Below are positions 1 to 9,630 of a stretch of 64,000 bases of DNA, piece by piece. The notes beneath the pieces were generated by a model that was not told where the DNA came from, searched no databases, and saw nothing but the letters and a program-made list of their open reading frames with translations. Position numbers and translations under genes: made by a program. Source of the stretch: an uncultured delta proteobacterium (GTDB lineage: Bacteria; Myxococcota; Myxococcia; Myxococcales; Anaeromyxobacteraceae); assembly GCA_963828255.1 (NCBI GenBank), contig CAWHDZ010000021.1, forward strand, positions 1-64,000, in the 5' to 3' direction. Position 1 is the first letter of the stretch; each line of letters starts with the position of its first letter.

Positions 1-5
1 ACCCG

Positions 6-854
6 TCACTTCGGGAACATGAAGGTCACGACGAAGCGGGTCAGCCAGGGGGACCCGCCGTCGGGGTGGACCACGTTCGCGTAGTAGGAGAACGACAGGG
101 AGATGGGCTGCTTCGCGATGGAGATGGTCTTCGCGACGGCCGCCCCGACCGGCACGGTCCACTGCTGGCCCACCTGGTTCCAGTTGACCAGGAAGGTGGG
201 CGCCGTTCCGATCGACCAGGCCCTGGGCAGGTTGTAGTTGAGGAAGACCTGGAGGGACGTGGTGTCCAGGTGGGCCGAGCCCATGCGCGCGAAGGCGTTG
301 AGCTGCGTGAAGAGCGCGCCGACCACCCACGGTCCCTCCATGTAGACCGCCGCGATCACGGGCCCGGCGGCGAAGCAGCCGGTGGCCACGGCGTCGTTCG
401 TGGCCGTGGGGAAGGAGAAGACCGGGCCGATGCCCCAGATGAAGCTGCTCGCCTTCGACGGCGAGAAGAAGGTCTCGAGCATGATCTCGCCCAGGCCCGT
501 GCTCCTCTCCCCTCCGGGGAGCGGGATGCTGTAGTAGGGCACGATCGGGCGGACGATGAGGTTCAATCCGTCGGTGAGCTCGATGGGGATGACCGGCTGG
601 AAGTTGAGGTTGTAGGCCGCCGTGAGGCCTGCCGTCCCGCCCCCGCTGAAGTTGTTCTGGAAGGGCACCGAGACCAGGTCGGCGAGCGGGTTCTGGAGCT
701 GCTTGGCCAGCTCGTCGAGCGACGCGCCCCCGGCCGCGGCCGCGGCGTGGCCCAGCGTGGCCCCCTGCCTGGCCGGGGTCACCTGGGCCTCCGGGGGATT
801 GGCGGGTCCGGGCGACGACAGGAGCAGCAGGGCGGCGAGGCTGGCGGAGAGCAT
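6..854 (-). CDS. Secreted, probable outer-membrane beta-barrel-like protein (family often mis-annotated 'neuromedin U')
   Basis: Signal-peptide-like N-terminus; 'LAKQLQNPLADLVSVPFQNN', 'LNFQPVIP', 'WTVPVG' motifs; alternating hydrophobic strands ending 'FMFPK'. Confidence 0.6.
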   Translation of the reverse strand: MLSASLAALLLLSSPGPANPPEAQVTPARQGATLGHAAAAAGGASLDELAKQLQNPLADLVSVPFQNNFSGGGTAGLTAAYNLNFQPVIPIELTDGLNLIVRPIVPYYSIPLPGGERSTGLGEIMLETFFSPSKASSFIWGIGPVFSFPTATNDAVATGCFAAGPVIAAVYMEGPWVVGALFTQLNAFARMGSAHLDTTSLQVFLNYNLPRAWSIGTAPTFLVNWNQVGQQWTVPVGAAVAKTISIAKQPISLSFSYYANVVHPDGGSPWLTRFVVTFMFPK

Positions 855-926
855 GAGCCGGATTCGACCAAATTCCGGTCCCGCTCCGCCAGTGAAACGT
901 TGGGGCCCCTGCCGCCCCGGGAAAAG

Positions 927-1003
<77 letters not shown>

Positions 1004-1104
1004 AAAGCTCACCGAGACGGCCTGAGATACCCTTTACGGTCGCGCCCCGCAAGGAGCGTCGCCGCAGAATGACCCTGCCACGCGGGTTTCGATAGGATGC
1101 CCGG

Positions 1105-1524
1105 GTGACACGAGAGCCGTTCCTGCGGACGCGCGCCGGCCGTGTGTCGCTGCTGGCGATGCTGGTGGTGGACGTCTTCATCCTCCCGGTCCTGCTCTCG
1201 GCCGACGCGATCCCGATGCAGCTCGGCGACGTGGTCTTCGCCATCACCATGCTCGTGGGCGCCGCCTACGCCTTCCTCTACGAGATGGTGAACGAGCTCG
1301 TCCCGGGGTCCCTCACCATGGAGGGGCGCAAGTTCACGGTGGCCGACTACCCTTACTTCAGCTTCACCACCATGACGAGCGTGGGATTCGGCGACGCGCT
1401 GCCCCGCACCTCCGTGGCGCGGGCCCTCGCCATGGCGCAGGCCCTCACCGGGCAGCTCTACGTGGCCGTGCTCATCGCCCGCTTCGTGAATGCGAACCGA
1501 TCGCACCGCGGTGCACCCCCGTGA
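1105..1524 (+). CDS. Potassium channel family (two-TM pore) protein, possibly internally deleted
   Basis: Pore/filter motif 'YFSFTTMTSVGFGD' followed by 'ARALAMAQALTGQLYVAVLIARFV'; only 139 aa. Confidence 0.75.
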   Translation: MTREPFLRTRAGRVSLLAMLVVDVFILPVLLSADAIPMQLGDVVFAITMLVGAAYAFLYEMVNELVPGSLTMEGRKFTVADYPYFSFTTMTSVGFGDALPRTSVARALAMAQALTGQLYVAVLIARFVNANRSHRGAPP

Positions 1525-2568
1525 TCGATGCCCGGGCGTCGATCGACCGGGACGGCGACGGCTCCCTGCTGGTGCGCGTCTCCGGCGACTGGCCGCTCGA
1601 GGCCGCCACCCCCGGCCCCGGCCGCGGCCGAGCAGGAGGTGAAGCAGGGGCCTCCCGGGCGCCTGGTCTTCCAGTCGGTGGATCTCGGCCACTGGGACTC
1701 CTCCCTGGTCTCCTTCCTGGCCTCCATCGCCGAGGTGGCCCGCGACGGGGGGCTCGCCGTGGACACGACCGGGCTCCCGCGGGGCCTGCAGCAACTGCTC
1801 GCGCTGGCCGCCGGCCCCCGGAGGCCGCTGCCCCCTCCCCCGCCCCCTAAGCCACTGCCCACCCGCATCGGCGCGGCCTGCATCGACTTCGGCGAGCACG
1901 CCGCCGGCATGCTCGACTTCGTCGGGCGGGCCTCGCTGGCGGTGAAGGACGTCCTCATCGGGCGCGGTCACTTCGAGCGGCGCGACTTCGGGCTCCTGCT
2001 CGAGCAGACGGGAGGGGCTGCGCTGCCGCTCGTGGCGGTGATCTACTTCCTGGTGGGCGTGGGCACCGTCCGCGAGACCGGCGCCCTGATGACCGGGATC
2101 GTCATGGCCGGGCGGACCGGGGCCTCCTTCTCGGCCGTGCTCGGCACCATGACGGTGAACTCCGAGGTGAACGCCCTCGAGACCATGAACTCCCCGCCCA
2201 TGGAGTTCCTGGTGGCGCCCCGCATCCTGGCGATGCTCCTGATGATGCCGCTCCTCGTCCTCTACGCCGACCTCTTCGGCATCCTGGGCGGGTACGTGGT
2301 GGCGGTCGGCCTCCTCGACCTCATCCCGGCGCTCTACCTCACGCAGACCCGCGAGGCCATGACCCTCTCCGACGTGATGGTGGGGCTGCTCAAGGCCCCG
2401 GCGTTCGGCGCGGTGGTGGCGCTCTCCGGCACCTTCTTCGGGATGAACACCGGCCGCACCGCCTCCTCGGTGGGCGTCTCCACGACCCGCGCGGTGGTCT
2501 CCGGGATCCTCCTCGTCATCGTGGTGGACGCCATCCTCACCGTCATCTTCTACGCCGTGAACCTCTAG
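1521..2568 (+). pseudogene. mlaE: MlaE-family ABC permease with N-terminal STAS-like region; frameshift near 1616 and in-frame deletion near 2055
   Basis: Starts 'MIDARASIDRDGDGSLLVRVSGDW' (frame of 1521) and continues '...LGHWDSSLVSFL...RETGALMTGIVMAGRTGASFSA...' in the frame of 1528. The usual segment between 'FLVG' and 'LVG..VRE' is missing. Confidence 0.75.
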
Positions 2569-2574
2569 GCCCCC

Positions 2575-3342
2575 GTGCCCGATCCCACTCCCGACACCGA
2601 TTTCGTCGAGGTCCGCGGGATGACCATGGCCTACGGCGACTTCGTGGTGCAGGAGGACGTCACCTTCTCGTTCTGGCGGGGGTCGGTCTTCGTGGTCATG
2701 GGGGACAGCGGAAGCGGCAAGAGCACGCTCATGCGCCACATGATCGGGCTCGACCGGCCGGCCAGGGGCGACGTGCGCTACGCCGGAGTCCCCTACTGGA
2801 TCTCCTCCGAACAGGAGCGCCGCGGCCTGCGCTGCCGCTTCGCCGTGCTCTTCCGGGGCGCCGGGCTCCTCAGCTCCATGACGCTCTCCGAGAACATCTC
2901 GCTCCCCCTCGTCCAGCACCTGCGCGTGCCGAAGGGGGAGGCCCGGGAGGTCGCGGTCACCAAGCTCGAGCTGGTCGGGCTGGGCGGCTTCGAGGACAGC
3001 TACCCGGCGCAGGTGAGCGGCGGCATGCGCAACCGCGCCGGCCTGGTCCGCGCGCTGTCGCTCGATCCCGACATCCTCTTCCTCGACGAGCCGTCGGCCG
3101 GGCTCGACCCGCTCTCCTCGCGCCACCTCGACGACCTGATCCTGGAGCTGCGCTCCAGCCTGGGAACCACCTTCATGGTGGTCACCCACGAGCTCCCCTG
3201 CATCTTCGCCATCGCCGACGACGCCATCTTCCTCGACGGGGAGCGCCACCGCCTGGTGGCGCGCGGCCCGCCGAAGGAGATGGCCGAGACCACCACCGAT
3301 CCCAAAGTGAAGGAATTCCTGCAGCGGGAGCAGTACCCATGA
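2575..3342 (+). CDS. mlaF: MlaF-family ABC ATP-binding protein (Q-loop Gln apparently replaced by Arg)
   Basis: Walker A GDSGSGKS, signature VSGGM, Walker B ILFLDEP, H-loop VTHE; 'VLFRGAGL' where family members usually have 'VLFQ'. Confidence 0.85.
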   Translation: MPDPTPDTDFVEVRGMTMAYGDFVVQEDVTFSFWRGSVFVVMGDSGSGKSTLMRHMIGLDRPARGDVRYAGVPYWISSEQERRGLRCRFAVLFRGAGLLSSMTLSENISLPLVQHLRVPKGEAREVAVTKLELVGLGGFEDSYPAQVSGGMRNRAGLVRALSLDPDILFLDEPSAGLDPLSSRHLDDLILELRSSLGTTFMVVTHELPCIFAIADDAIFLDGERHRLVARGPPKEMAETTTDPKVKEFLQREQYP

Positions 3343-4288
3343 CGAGAGCCAATCCCAAGGTTGTCGGAGCCTTCATCATCGGCGGCACGCTGCTCCTGCT
3401 CCTGGCCATCGCCTCGCTGGTCTCGGGCAAGTTCTTCACCCACAGCACCACCCTGGTGAGCTTCTTCCCGGAGTCGGTCCGCGGGCTGCAGATCGGATCG
3501 CCGGTGACCTTCCGCGGCTTGCCGCTGGGCCAGGTCACGGCCATCGAGGCCTACATGGTCCACAAGGACGGCGGGATCGACATCGAGGTCACCTACCAGG
3601 TGAACCTCGACCGCATCCACGACCCGGCCGGTACGGTGCGCGAGCTCAGGGCCAAGTCACCCGCCGGGGCGGCCAGCTTCCTCATCGGCAAGGGGCTGCG
3701 GGCCGAGCTGCAGAGCACGAGCATGGTCACCGGGAAGCTCTGCATCGACCTCGACTTCCACCCCGAACAGCCGCCGCGCCTGGTGGACATCGTCACCGTG
3801 AACCCCCAGATCCCCACCGCCCCCACCAAGTTCCAGGTCCTGAGCAGCCGGGTGGAGAAGCTCGCCAGCTCCATGTCCGAGCTCCCCTTCGACGAGATCG
3901 CCCGGAACCTCTCCGACACCCTGGTCGCGTTCCGCGATCTGGCGCGGGGGCCGGAGGTCCGCGCCGCGCTCGCCGCGGCGGGGAACGCCGGCAAGGACGT
4001 CTCGAAGACCCTGGGCAACGTGGACCGGCTGGTGACCGACCTGCGCAGGAAGGTGGGCGACGCCGACGTGAGGATGGTGGTGGCCGACCTCCACCGGACC
4101 CTGGATGCCGCCCGGAAGGGCTCACCCAGATCCAGCAGACCCTGGCCGGCACCTCGGGGGCCCAGCGCGAGTTCAGCCACACCCTCTCCGAGATCTCCCG
4201 CGCCGCCGCGGCGGTGCGGGTCCTCGCCGAGTACCTGGAACGAAACCCGTCCTCCCTGGCGGAGGGCAAGCCGTCTCCGCCCAAGTGA
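3339..4288 (+). pseudogene. MlaD/MCE (PqiB-like) protein, frameshifted near 4118-4120
   Basis: N-terminal TM helix and MCE motif 'SVRGLQIGSPVTFRGLPLGQV'. Adding one G at AAGGG gives the typical C-terminus 'LTQIQQTL...VRVLAEYLERNPSSLAEGK' ending at TGA 4286-4288. Confidence 0.75.
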
Positions 4289-4296
4289 GGCCGTCC

Positions 4297-4896
4297 ATGC
4301 GATCCATCCCGCCGATCCTGCTGGCCGCCGCCCTCGTCACCACGGGCTGCTTCGGGACCTCGCCGCCCGCGCGCTTCTACGTGCTTTCGGCCAGCGAACC
4401 GGCCAACGCGGCCGTTCCCTCCACCGGCCCCGAGGGCACGCTGGGCGTCTTCCCCACGCGCGTCGCCGAGTACCTCGACCGGCCGCAGATCGTCACCTTC
4501 CTGGGCGACAACGCCGTCGACCTCGACGAGTACGCCCGATGGGCCGAGCCGCTGGGGGCCGGAGTCACCCGGGTGCTCGCCCAGGAGCTCTCTTCGCTCC
4601 TCCCCGGCTGGCGGGTGCTCCCCCAGCCCTGGGACCCGGTGGTTCCGCTCCGCGCCCGCGTGGTCGTGGGCGTGACGGCGCTGGGGTGAGCCGCCTCCGG
4701 GGATGCCCGGCTGGAGGCCAGCTGGGCGGTCCTCTCCGGAGGGGGCGAGGAGGCCCTGGCGCGCGGGCGGGTGGTGCTGCGGCGCAGCGCCTCCGGCCCC
4801 GGCGCGGCCCCCGCGGTCGCCGCCACGAGCGCGCTCGTCACCGAGATGGCCCACGACATCGCCTCGTCGATCCGGGCGCTGCCCGCCGCGCGGTAG
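4297..4896 (+). pseudogene. PqiC-like ABC auxiliary lipoprotein with internal in-frame TGA (4687-4689)
   Basis: Lipobox 'LVTTGC', 'RFYVL', 'EYLDRPQIV', 'RWAEPL'. The frame continues past the TGA ('AASGDARLEASWAVL...') to TAG 4894-4896. Confidence 0.75.
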
Positions 4897-4921
4897 CGGG
4901 GAACGGGCCGGGCGGAAGATC

Positions 4922-6079
4922 CTAGGCGCGCAGGGGGACCTTCGCGCGCTGCTCCTCGCCGAAGAACTCCTCCAGCTCGGCGCGGCGGGCCAGCGTGTCC
5001 TCGTAGCCCAGCTCGAGGAGGCGTCCCACGTAGACCGGCTCGAACGCCAGGTAGCTGAGCAGGTCGGAGCCCGAGTCGGCCCGGGCGCCGATCCCGGAGA
5101 GGACGTAGCGGAGGAAGCGCGGGAAGCGCCGGTACTGGTCGCCGGCCAGCTGCCCGAGGTCGCGGGACGGGCGCAGCACCAGCGTGGGGATGACCCGCAG
5201 CGTGCCCCGGCGGTCCTCGGGCATCCGGTCCACCAGCCGGTTCACCATCTCGAGGCGCTCCACGTCGGCCTCGATGGTCTCGAGGAAGACCGCGTTGAGG
5301 AGCGTGCCGGCGATCTGCGAGGGCGGGAGGGCCTCGCGCCCCCCCGGGTTGCGCTGCGGACGGAGCTCGGAGGGCTCCCGCCAGCGGCGCACGCCCACGA
5401 CGAGGAGCCGTTCCGCCCCCATGTGGATGGCCGGGGAGAGCGGCGCCGTCATGCGGACGCTGCCGTCGCCGTACCAGGCGCCCTGGATCCTCACCGGCGG
5501 GAAGAAGATGGGGATGGAGGCAGAGGCCATCACGTGATCGAGCCGGATCTGGGCGCGCACGCCCACGCGGGTGGAGCGCACCCAGGGCTCGATGTCGGGC
5601 GCGCCGTCGAAGAAGGTCACTGCGGCGTTGGTGGCGTAGCTCGTGGCGGTGACCGCGAAGCCCCGGATGGCCCCCGAGGCGATGTTCCGGCGCAGGTCCG
5701 CGAGCGGCAGGCGCTCGTGGAGGAAGTCCCGGAGCGGCGTGGCGTCGAGGAGGAAGTTGATGCGGCTGCGCTGGAAGAGCCCCCCCGCCGAGAGGTCGCG
5801 CATCCAGCGGGTGCCGATGCCGATCATGCGGGCGCCGTCGGTGCGGAAGACACGCTCGGGCGAGAGGTCGAGCCACAGGTCGCGCAGCCGGCGGCCGGCG
5901 TCCTCGAAGTCGCCGCGCCAGGCCCCCAGGAAGGCGGCGTTCAGCCCGCCCGCCGAGACCCCGCACAGCGTGCGAAAGGGCATGGCGCCGGGCGGGAGGA
6001 CCTCGGCGAGCGCCATCAAGGCGCCCGCCTGGTACGCCGCCCTCGCTCCTCCGCCGGTGAGCACGAGTCCTACATGCAC
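4922..6079 (-). CDS. Patatin-like phospholipase
   Basis: GGGARAAYQAG oxyanion motif, GVSAG nucleophile, 'ASASIPIFFPP', DGS acid motif. Confidence 0.9.
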   Translation of the reverse strand: MHVGLVLTGGGARAAYQAGALMALAEVLPPGAMPFRTLCGVSAGGLNAAFLGAWRGDFEDAGRRLRDLWLDLSPERVFRTDGARMIGIGTRWMRDLSAGGLFQRSRINFLLDATPLRDFLHERLPLADLRRNIASGAIRGFAVTATSYATNAAVTFFDGAPDIEPWVRSTRVGVRAQIRLDHVMASASIPIFFPPVRIQGAWYGDGSVRMTAPLSPAIHMGAERLLVVGVRRWREPSELRPQRNPGGREALPPSQIAGTLLNAVFLETIEADVERLEMVNRLVDRMPEDRRGTLRVIPTLVLRPSRDLGQLAGDQYRRFPRFLRYVLSGIGARADSGSDLLSYLAFEPVYVGRLLELGYEDTLARRAELEEFFGEEQRAKVPLRA

Positions 6080-6309
6080 GCACCGGGAAGCCTATCACCC
6101 CGGGCCCGGGGCCGTCACGAAGGCGTGCTCCGGGCCCCCGCCTCCCCCGCCGGCGTGATGGGAGGATGTGCGCAACGTCATTGCCTCTTGGTGAACGCCT
6201 CGGCTCCTCACCCATTTGACCGTGAGTCGATGTAGGGGCGGGTCGCGGGATTCCTCGTCACCACGGGGAGGGACTGGTGGCCCGCACGGAAAGGCAACAA
6301 TCATGGGCC

Positions 6310-6681
6310 ATGGAGAACGCCATCCGGACCGTGTCGATCGACGCAGAGCAGGTTCACCTTCAGTCAGAGCGCGAGGTGGACAGCGCCATCGACACGGTGG
6401 TGACCTTCGCCTTCGGCAACGCCGAGCCGCTCGACCGGTACCTGTTCCGCATCCGCGCTGCGCTCCCCCCGCGACCCTCGGTGAAGGAGCTGGTGGAGGC
6501 GGTCTTCCGGGTTCGGGGCGAGCAGGGTCCCATCTCCGACGAGGGAACCCGCCGGCAGAACGCCGCCATGGCCATGGCCGCCTTCCTCTCCTCCGATCCC
6601 TCCGAGCTGGGGCTCCCGGCCGCCATGTTCCGCCTCGGCCCCGAGGTGTGGCTGACGCCCAGCCGCACGCCCCCGAGCTAG
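6310..6681 (+). CDS. Hypothetical protein (123 aa)
   Basis: ATG at 6310, strong GC3 codon bias, fills the gap between patatin and the aminotransferase; no recognised motif. Confidence 0.65.
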   Translation: MENAIRTVSIDAEQVHLQSEREVDSAIDTVVTFAFGNAEPLDRYLFRIRAALPPRPSVKELVEAVFRVRGEQGPISDEGTRRQNAAMAMAAFLSSDPSELGLPAAMFRLGPEVWLTPSRTPPS

Positions 6682-7886
6682 GCGCCCCCCGACCCCTCCT
6701 GGCGCCGGCCGAGCGCGCGCAGCGCCCCGTCCACCGCCGCGAGCACTCCCGGGATCTCGGCGGGATCGTTGGGCCAGTGCGGCGAGAAGCGAAGCACCCC
6801 GTCGGGCGTGGAGCAGGCGATCCCCCGCGACCGCAGCTCGCGGGCCAGCCCCGCCGCGGTGAACCCCGGCGGCGGCTCGAGCGAGAGGATCCCGGACCGC
6901 CGCTCCGGCCGAAGGGCGCGCAGGCTCCGGAAGCCCCGCTCCTCGAGCCCGGGCTCGAGGCGGTCGAGGTAGCCCTCCACGTGGGCGGCGATGGCCGGCA
7001 CGCCCAGGGAGAGGAGGATCTCCAGCGAGGCCAGCAGCCCCGCCAGCGGCGCCTCGGGCATGCCCCCGCCCTCGACCAGGTCGGCGCGCCTGCGGATGGG
7101 CCGGTCGTAGCGGACCAGCCCGGGCCCCTCGACCAGGAACCGCACCGGGTCCTCGTGCGAGAGCCAGCCGGCGGTGCGCGGGACGAGCGCCTCGGCGCGC
7201 TCCGGACGGACGTAGAGGAACCCCGCCCCCAGGGCCCCCATCAGCCACTTGTGGGCGCCGGCAGCCAGGTAGTCCACGCCCCGGACGTCGAGGGGCAGGC
7301 AGCCCGCCGCCTGGACCGCGTCCACGAAGATCTCCGCCCCGGCCGCGGCGCAGCGGGCCGCCATCGCCGCGACGGGCATGCGCAGCCCGCTCCGGAACTG
7401 CACCGCGCTCACCGCGAGGAGGCGCGCGCCCCGGGAGAGCTCGGCGTCGAGGAGCGAAAGCCCCTCCTCGTCCGAGCGCAGGAAGGCCGAGAGCGGCACG
7501 AAGGCGGTCTCCAGGCCGAAGGTGGCGGCGGCCTGCTGCCAGGGAGTCACGTTGGCGGGGAACTCGCCGTCGAGGAGCACGATCCGGTCCCCCCGGCGCC
7601 AGGGGAAGTCGAGGGCCACGGCCTGGATCCCGGCGCTGGTGTTGGTGGTGAGCGCGACGTCGGCCGGAGCGGCCCCCAGGAGCCCGGCCACGAGGGACCG
7701 CAGCCGTCCGCGCCGCTCCACCGCCGGACCCACCGCGTCACCGCCCCGCCGGGCGAAATCGTCCACCGCCTCGTGCACGGCCAGCCGCACCGGATCGGAC
7801 GGCGGGGAGACCCCGGCGTGGTTCAGGTAGGAGCGCGGCTCGAGCAGCGGGAAGAGGGAGCGGTCGCCCAGCCGAGGGGCATTCAC
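6678..7886 (-). CDS. Class V PLP-dependent aminotransferase / cysteine desulfurase-like protein
   Basis: 'YLNHAGVSP', 'TTNTSAG', 'VDAVQAAG', PLP lysine in 'GAHKWLMG', 'LRFSPH'. Confidence 0.85.
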   Translation of the reverse strand: MNAPRLGDRSLFPLLEPRSYLNHAGVSPPSDPVRLAVHEAVDDFARRGGDAVGPAVERRGRLRSLVAGLLGAAPADVALTTNTSAGIQAVALDFPWRRGDRIVLLDGEFPANVTPWQQAAATFGLETAFVPLSAFLRSDEEGLSLLDAELSRGARLLAVSAVQFRSGLRMPVAAMAARCAAAGAEIFVDAVQAAGCLPLDVRGVDYLAAGAHKWLMGALGAGFLYVRPERAEALVPRTAGWLSHEDPVRFLVEGPGLVRYDRPIRRRADLVEGGGMPEAPLAGLLASLEILLSLGVPAIAAHVEGYLDRLEPGLEERGFRSLRALRPERRSGILSLEPPPGFTAAGLARELRSRGIACSTPDGVLRFSPHWPNDPAEIPGVLAAVDGALRALGRRQEGSGGA

Positions 7887-8659
7887 TGCGCCGTGTACCC
7901 GCCGTCCATCACCGCCACCGATCCGGTGATGGCCGCGGCCGCGTCGGACACCAGGAAGAGCGCGTACCCCACCACCTCGTCCACCTGGAGGAGCCGCCGC
8001 ATGGGAACGAGGGGGTAGATGACCTCCTCCAGCACCTTCTCGAGCGGCACGTTGCGGGTCTGGGCCAGGGAGGCAAGCTGGTTCCGCACCAGCGGGGTGT
8101 CCACGTACCCGGGGGCGAGCGCGTTCACCGTGACTCCGTGGGGGGCGCCCTCGAGCGCCGTCACCTTGGTGAGGCCGATGACGCCGTGCTTGGCGCTGTT
8201 GTAGGCCGCCTTTCCGGCGAAGCCCACCAGGCCGTTGATGGAGGCCACGTTGAGGATGCGGCCGTACCCCTGCCGCTTCATGACCGGAAAGGCCCGCTTG
8301 ATGGCGTAGAACGGGCCGAAGAGCATGACCCGGACGAGCAGCTCGAACTTCTCGGACGGAAAGTCCTCGATGGGCGACACGTGCTGGAGCCCGGCGTTGT
8401 TCACCAGCACGTCGAGCCGGCCGTGGGCCTGGACGGTGGCGTCGATGGCGGCGACGAGCGCCTCCTCGCGCCCCACGTCGGCCGCGAGCCCCATGGCTCC
8501 GCGCCCGATCCGCTCCGCGGCGGCGCGGGCGGCCGCGCCGTCGAGATCGGCGATGGCGACCCTGGCTCCCTCCTCCGCCAGCCGCTCGGCGATCCGGAAC
8601 CCGATGCCACCGGCTGCCCCGGTGACGAACGCCACCTTGCCCTCGAACCTGGAATCCAT
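7883..8659 (-). CDS. bdhA: 3-hydroxybutyrate dehydrogenase (SDR)
   Basis: TGAAGGIG, 'NNAGLQHVSPIEDFP', 'GKAAYNSAKHG', 'PGYVDTPLVRNQ'; GGAG SD upstream of ATG 8659. Confidence 0.88.
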   Translation of the reverse strand: MDSRFEGKVAFVTGAAGGIGFRIAERLAEEGARVAIADLDGAAARAAAERIGRGAMGLAADVGREEALVAAIDATVQAHGRLDVLVNNAGLQHVSPIEDFPSEKFELLVRVMLFGPFYAIKRAFPVMKRQGYGRILNVASINGLVGFAGKAAYNSAKHGVIGLTKVTALEGAPHGVTVNALAPGYVDTPLVRNQLASLAQTRNVPLEKVLEEVIYPLVPMRRLLQVDEVVGYALFLVSDAAAAITGSVAVMDGGYTAQ

Positions 8660-8676
8660 GGTCCTCCCGGAACCTG

Positions 8677-9630
8677 CTACGAGCGGAATCGCCGGGCGAG
8701 GTTCAGCGCCTCTCCCACGAAGCCGCGACGGAACGCCAGCACGCCGGCCACGAAGACACACCCGATGATCACCGTGACCCAGTCGCCGAAGCCGGTCAGG
8801 TAGTTCTCCATCGCGACCACGATGATCGCCCCGACCGACGGGCCCAGCACCGTGCCCATGCCGCCCAGCAGGGTCATGAGCACCACCTCGCCCGACTTGT
8901 GCCAGTGGACGTCGGTGAGCGTCTCGAACTGCATGGCCAGCGCCTTGGTGGCCCCGGCCAGCCCGGCCAGCCCGGACGAGATCACGAAGGCCAGCAGCTT
9001 GTAGCGGTCCACGTCGTAGCCCAGGGACAGCGCGCGGGGCTCGTTGTCCTTGATGGATCGGAGCACGTGGCCGAACGGGGAGTGGATGGTCCGGTGGATC
9101 ACGGCGAACCCGACGAGGAAGACGGCGAACACCAGGTAGTACATGGCGAAGGAGTTCTCGAGCCGCACCAGGCCGAGCAGCCGGCCGCGGGGGATGCCCT
9201 GCAGACCGTCCTCACCTCCCGTGAAGGGGAGCTGGACGGCCAGGAAGTAGATCATCTGGGCGAACCCCAGCGTGATCATCGCGAAGTAGATCCCGGAACG
9301 GCGGATGGCCAGGCTGCCGATGACGAAGCCCAGGAACGTGGCCACGGCCGTCCCCGCCAGGATGGCCAGCAACGGGTCCACGCCCCAGGCCTTGGCGGCG
9401 TGACCGGCCACGTAGCCCGCCGATCCCAGGAAGGCGGCGTGTCCGAACGAGAGGAGACCGGTGTAGCCCAGCAGCAGGTTGAACGCGCTGGCGAAGAGCG
9501 CCATGCACAGCACGTTCATGAGGAAGACCGGGTAGATCACGAAGGGCGCGGCGAGCCCGGCCGCCACGAGCAAGGCCCACCCCATGAAGATGGCCTGGCC
9601 CGACCACCTGCGCGGCGACGGGCTGGTCAC
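8677..9630 (-). CDS. livM: Liv-type (HAAT) ABC transporter permease, LivM-like
   Basis: 'GYTGLLSFGHAAFLG', 'YFAMITLGFAQM', 'TGGEDGL', 'GGMGTVLGP'. Confidence 0.88.
   Translation of the reverse strand: MTSPSPRRWSGQAIFMGWALLVAAGLAAPFVIYPVFLMNVLCMALFASAFNLLLGYTGLLSFGHAAFLGSAGYVAGHAAKAWGVDPLLAILAGTAVATFLGFVIGSLAIRRSGIYFAMITLGFAQMIYFLAVQLPFTGGEDGLQGIPRGRLLGLVRLENSFAMYYLVFAVFLVGFAVIHRTIHSPFGHVLRSIKDNEPRALSLGYDVDRYKLLAFVISSGLAGLAGATKALAMQFETLTDVHWHKSGEVVLMTLLGGMGTVLGPSVGAIIVVAMENYLTGFGDWVTVIIGCVFVAGVLAFRRGFVGEALNLARRFRS

Noticed and set aside
4687..4722. In-frame TGA in the pqiC-like gene as a new selenoprotein; a GC hairpin follows it
   Set aside because: No redox or Cys context, hairpins are common at this GC content, TGG-to-TGA is simpler, and the neighbouring genes are also damaged.
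6678..7886. Selenocysteine lyase or SufS/IscS assignment
   Set aside because: The catalytic-loop motifs (RxGHHC or SSGSAC) are not evident; left as a generic class V enzyme.
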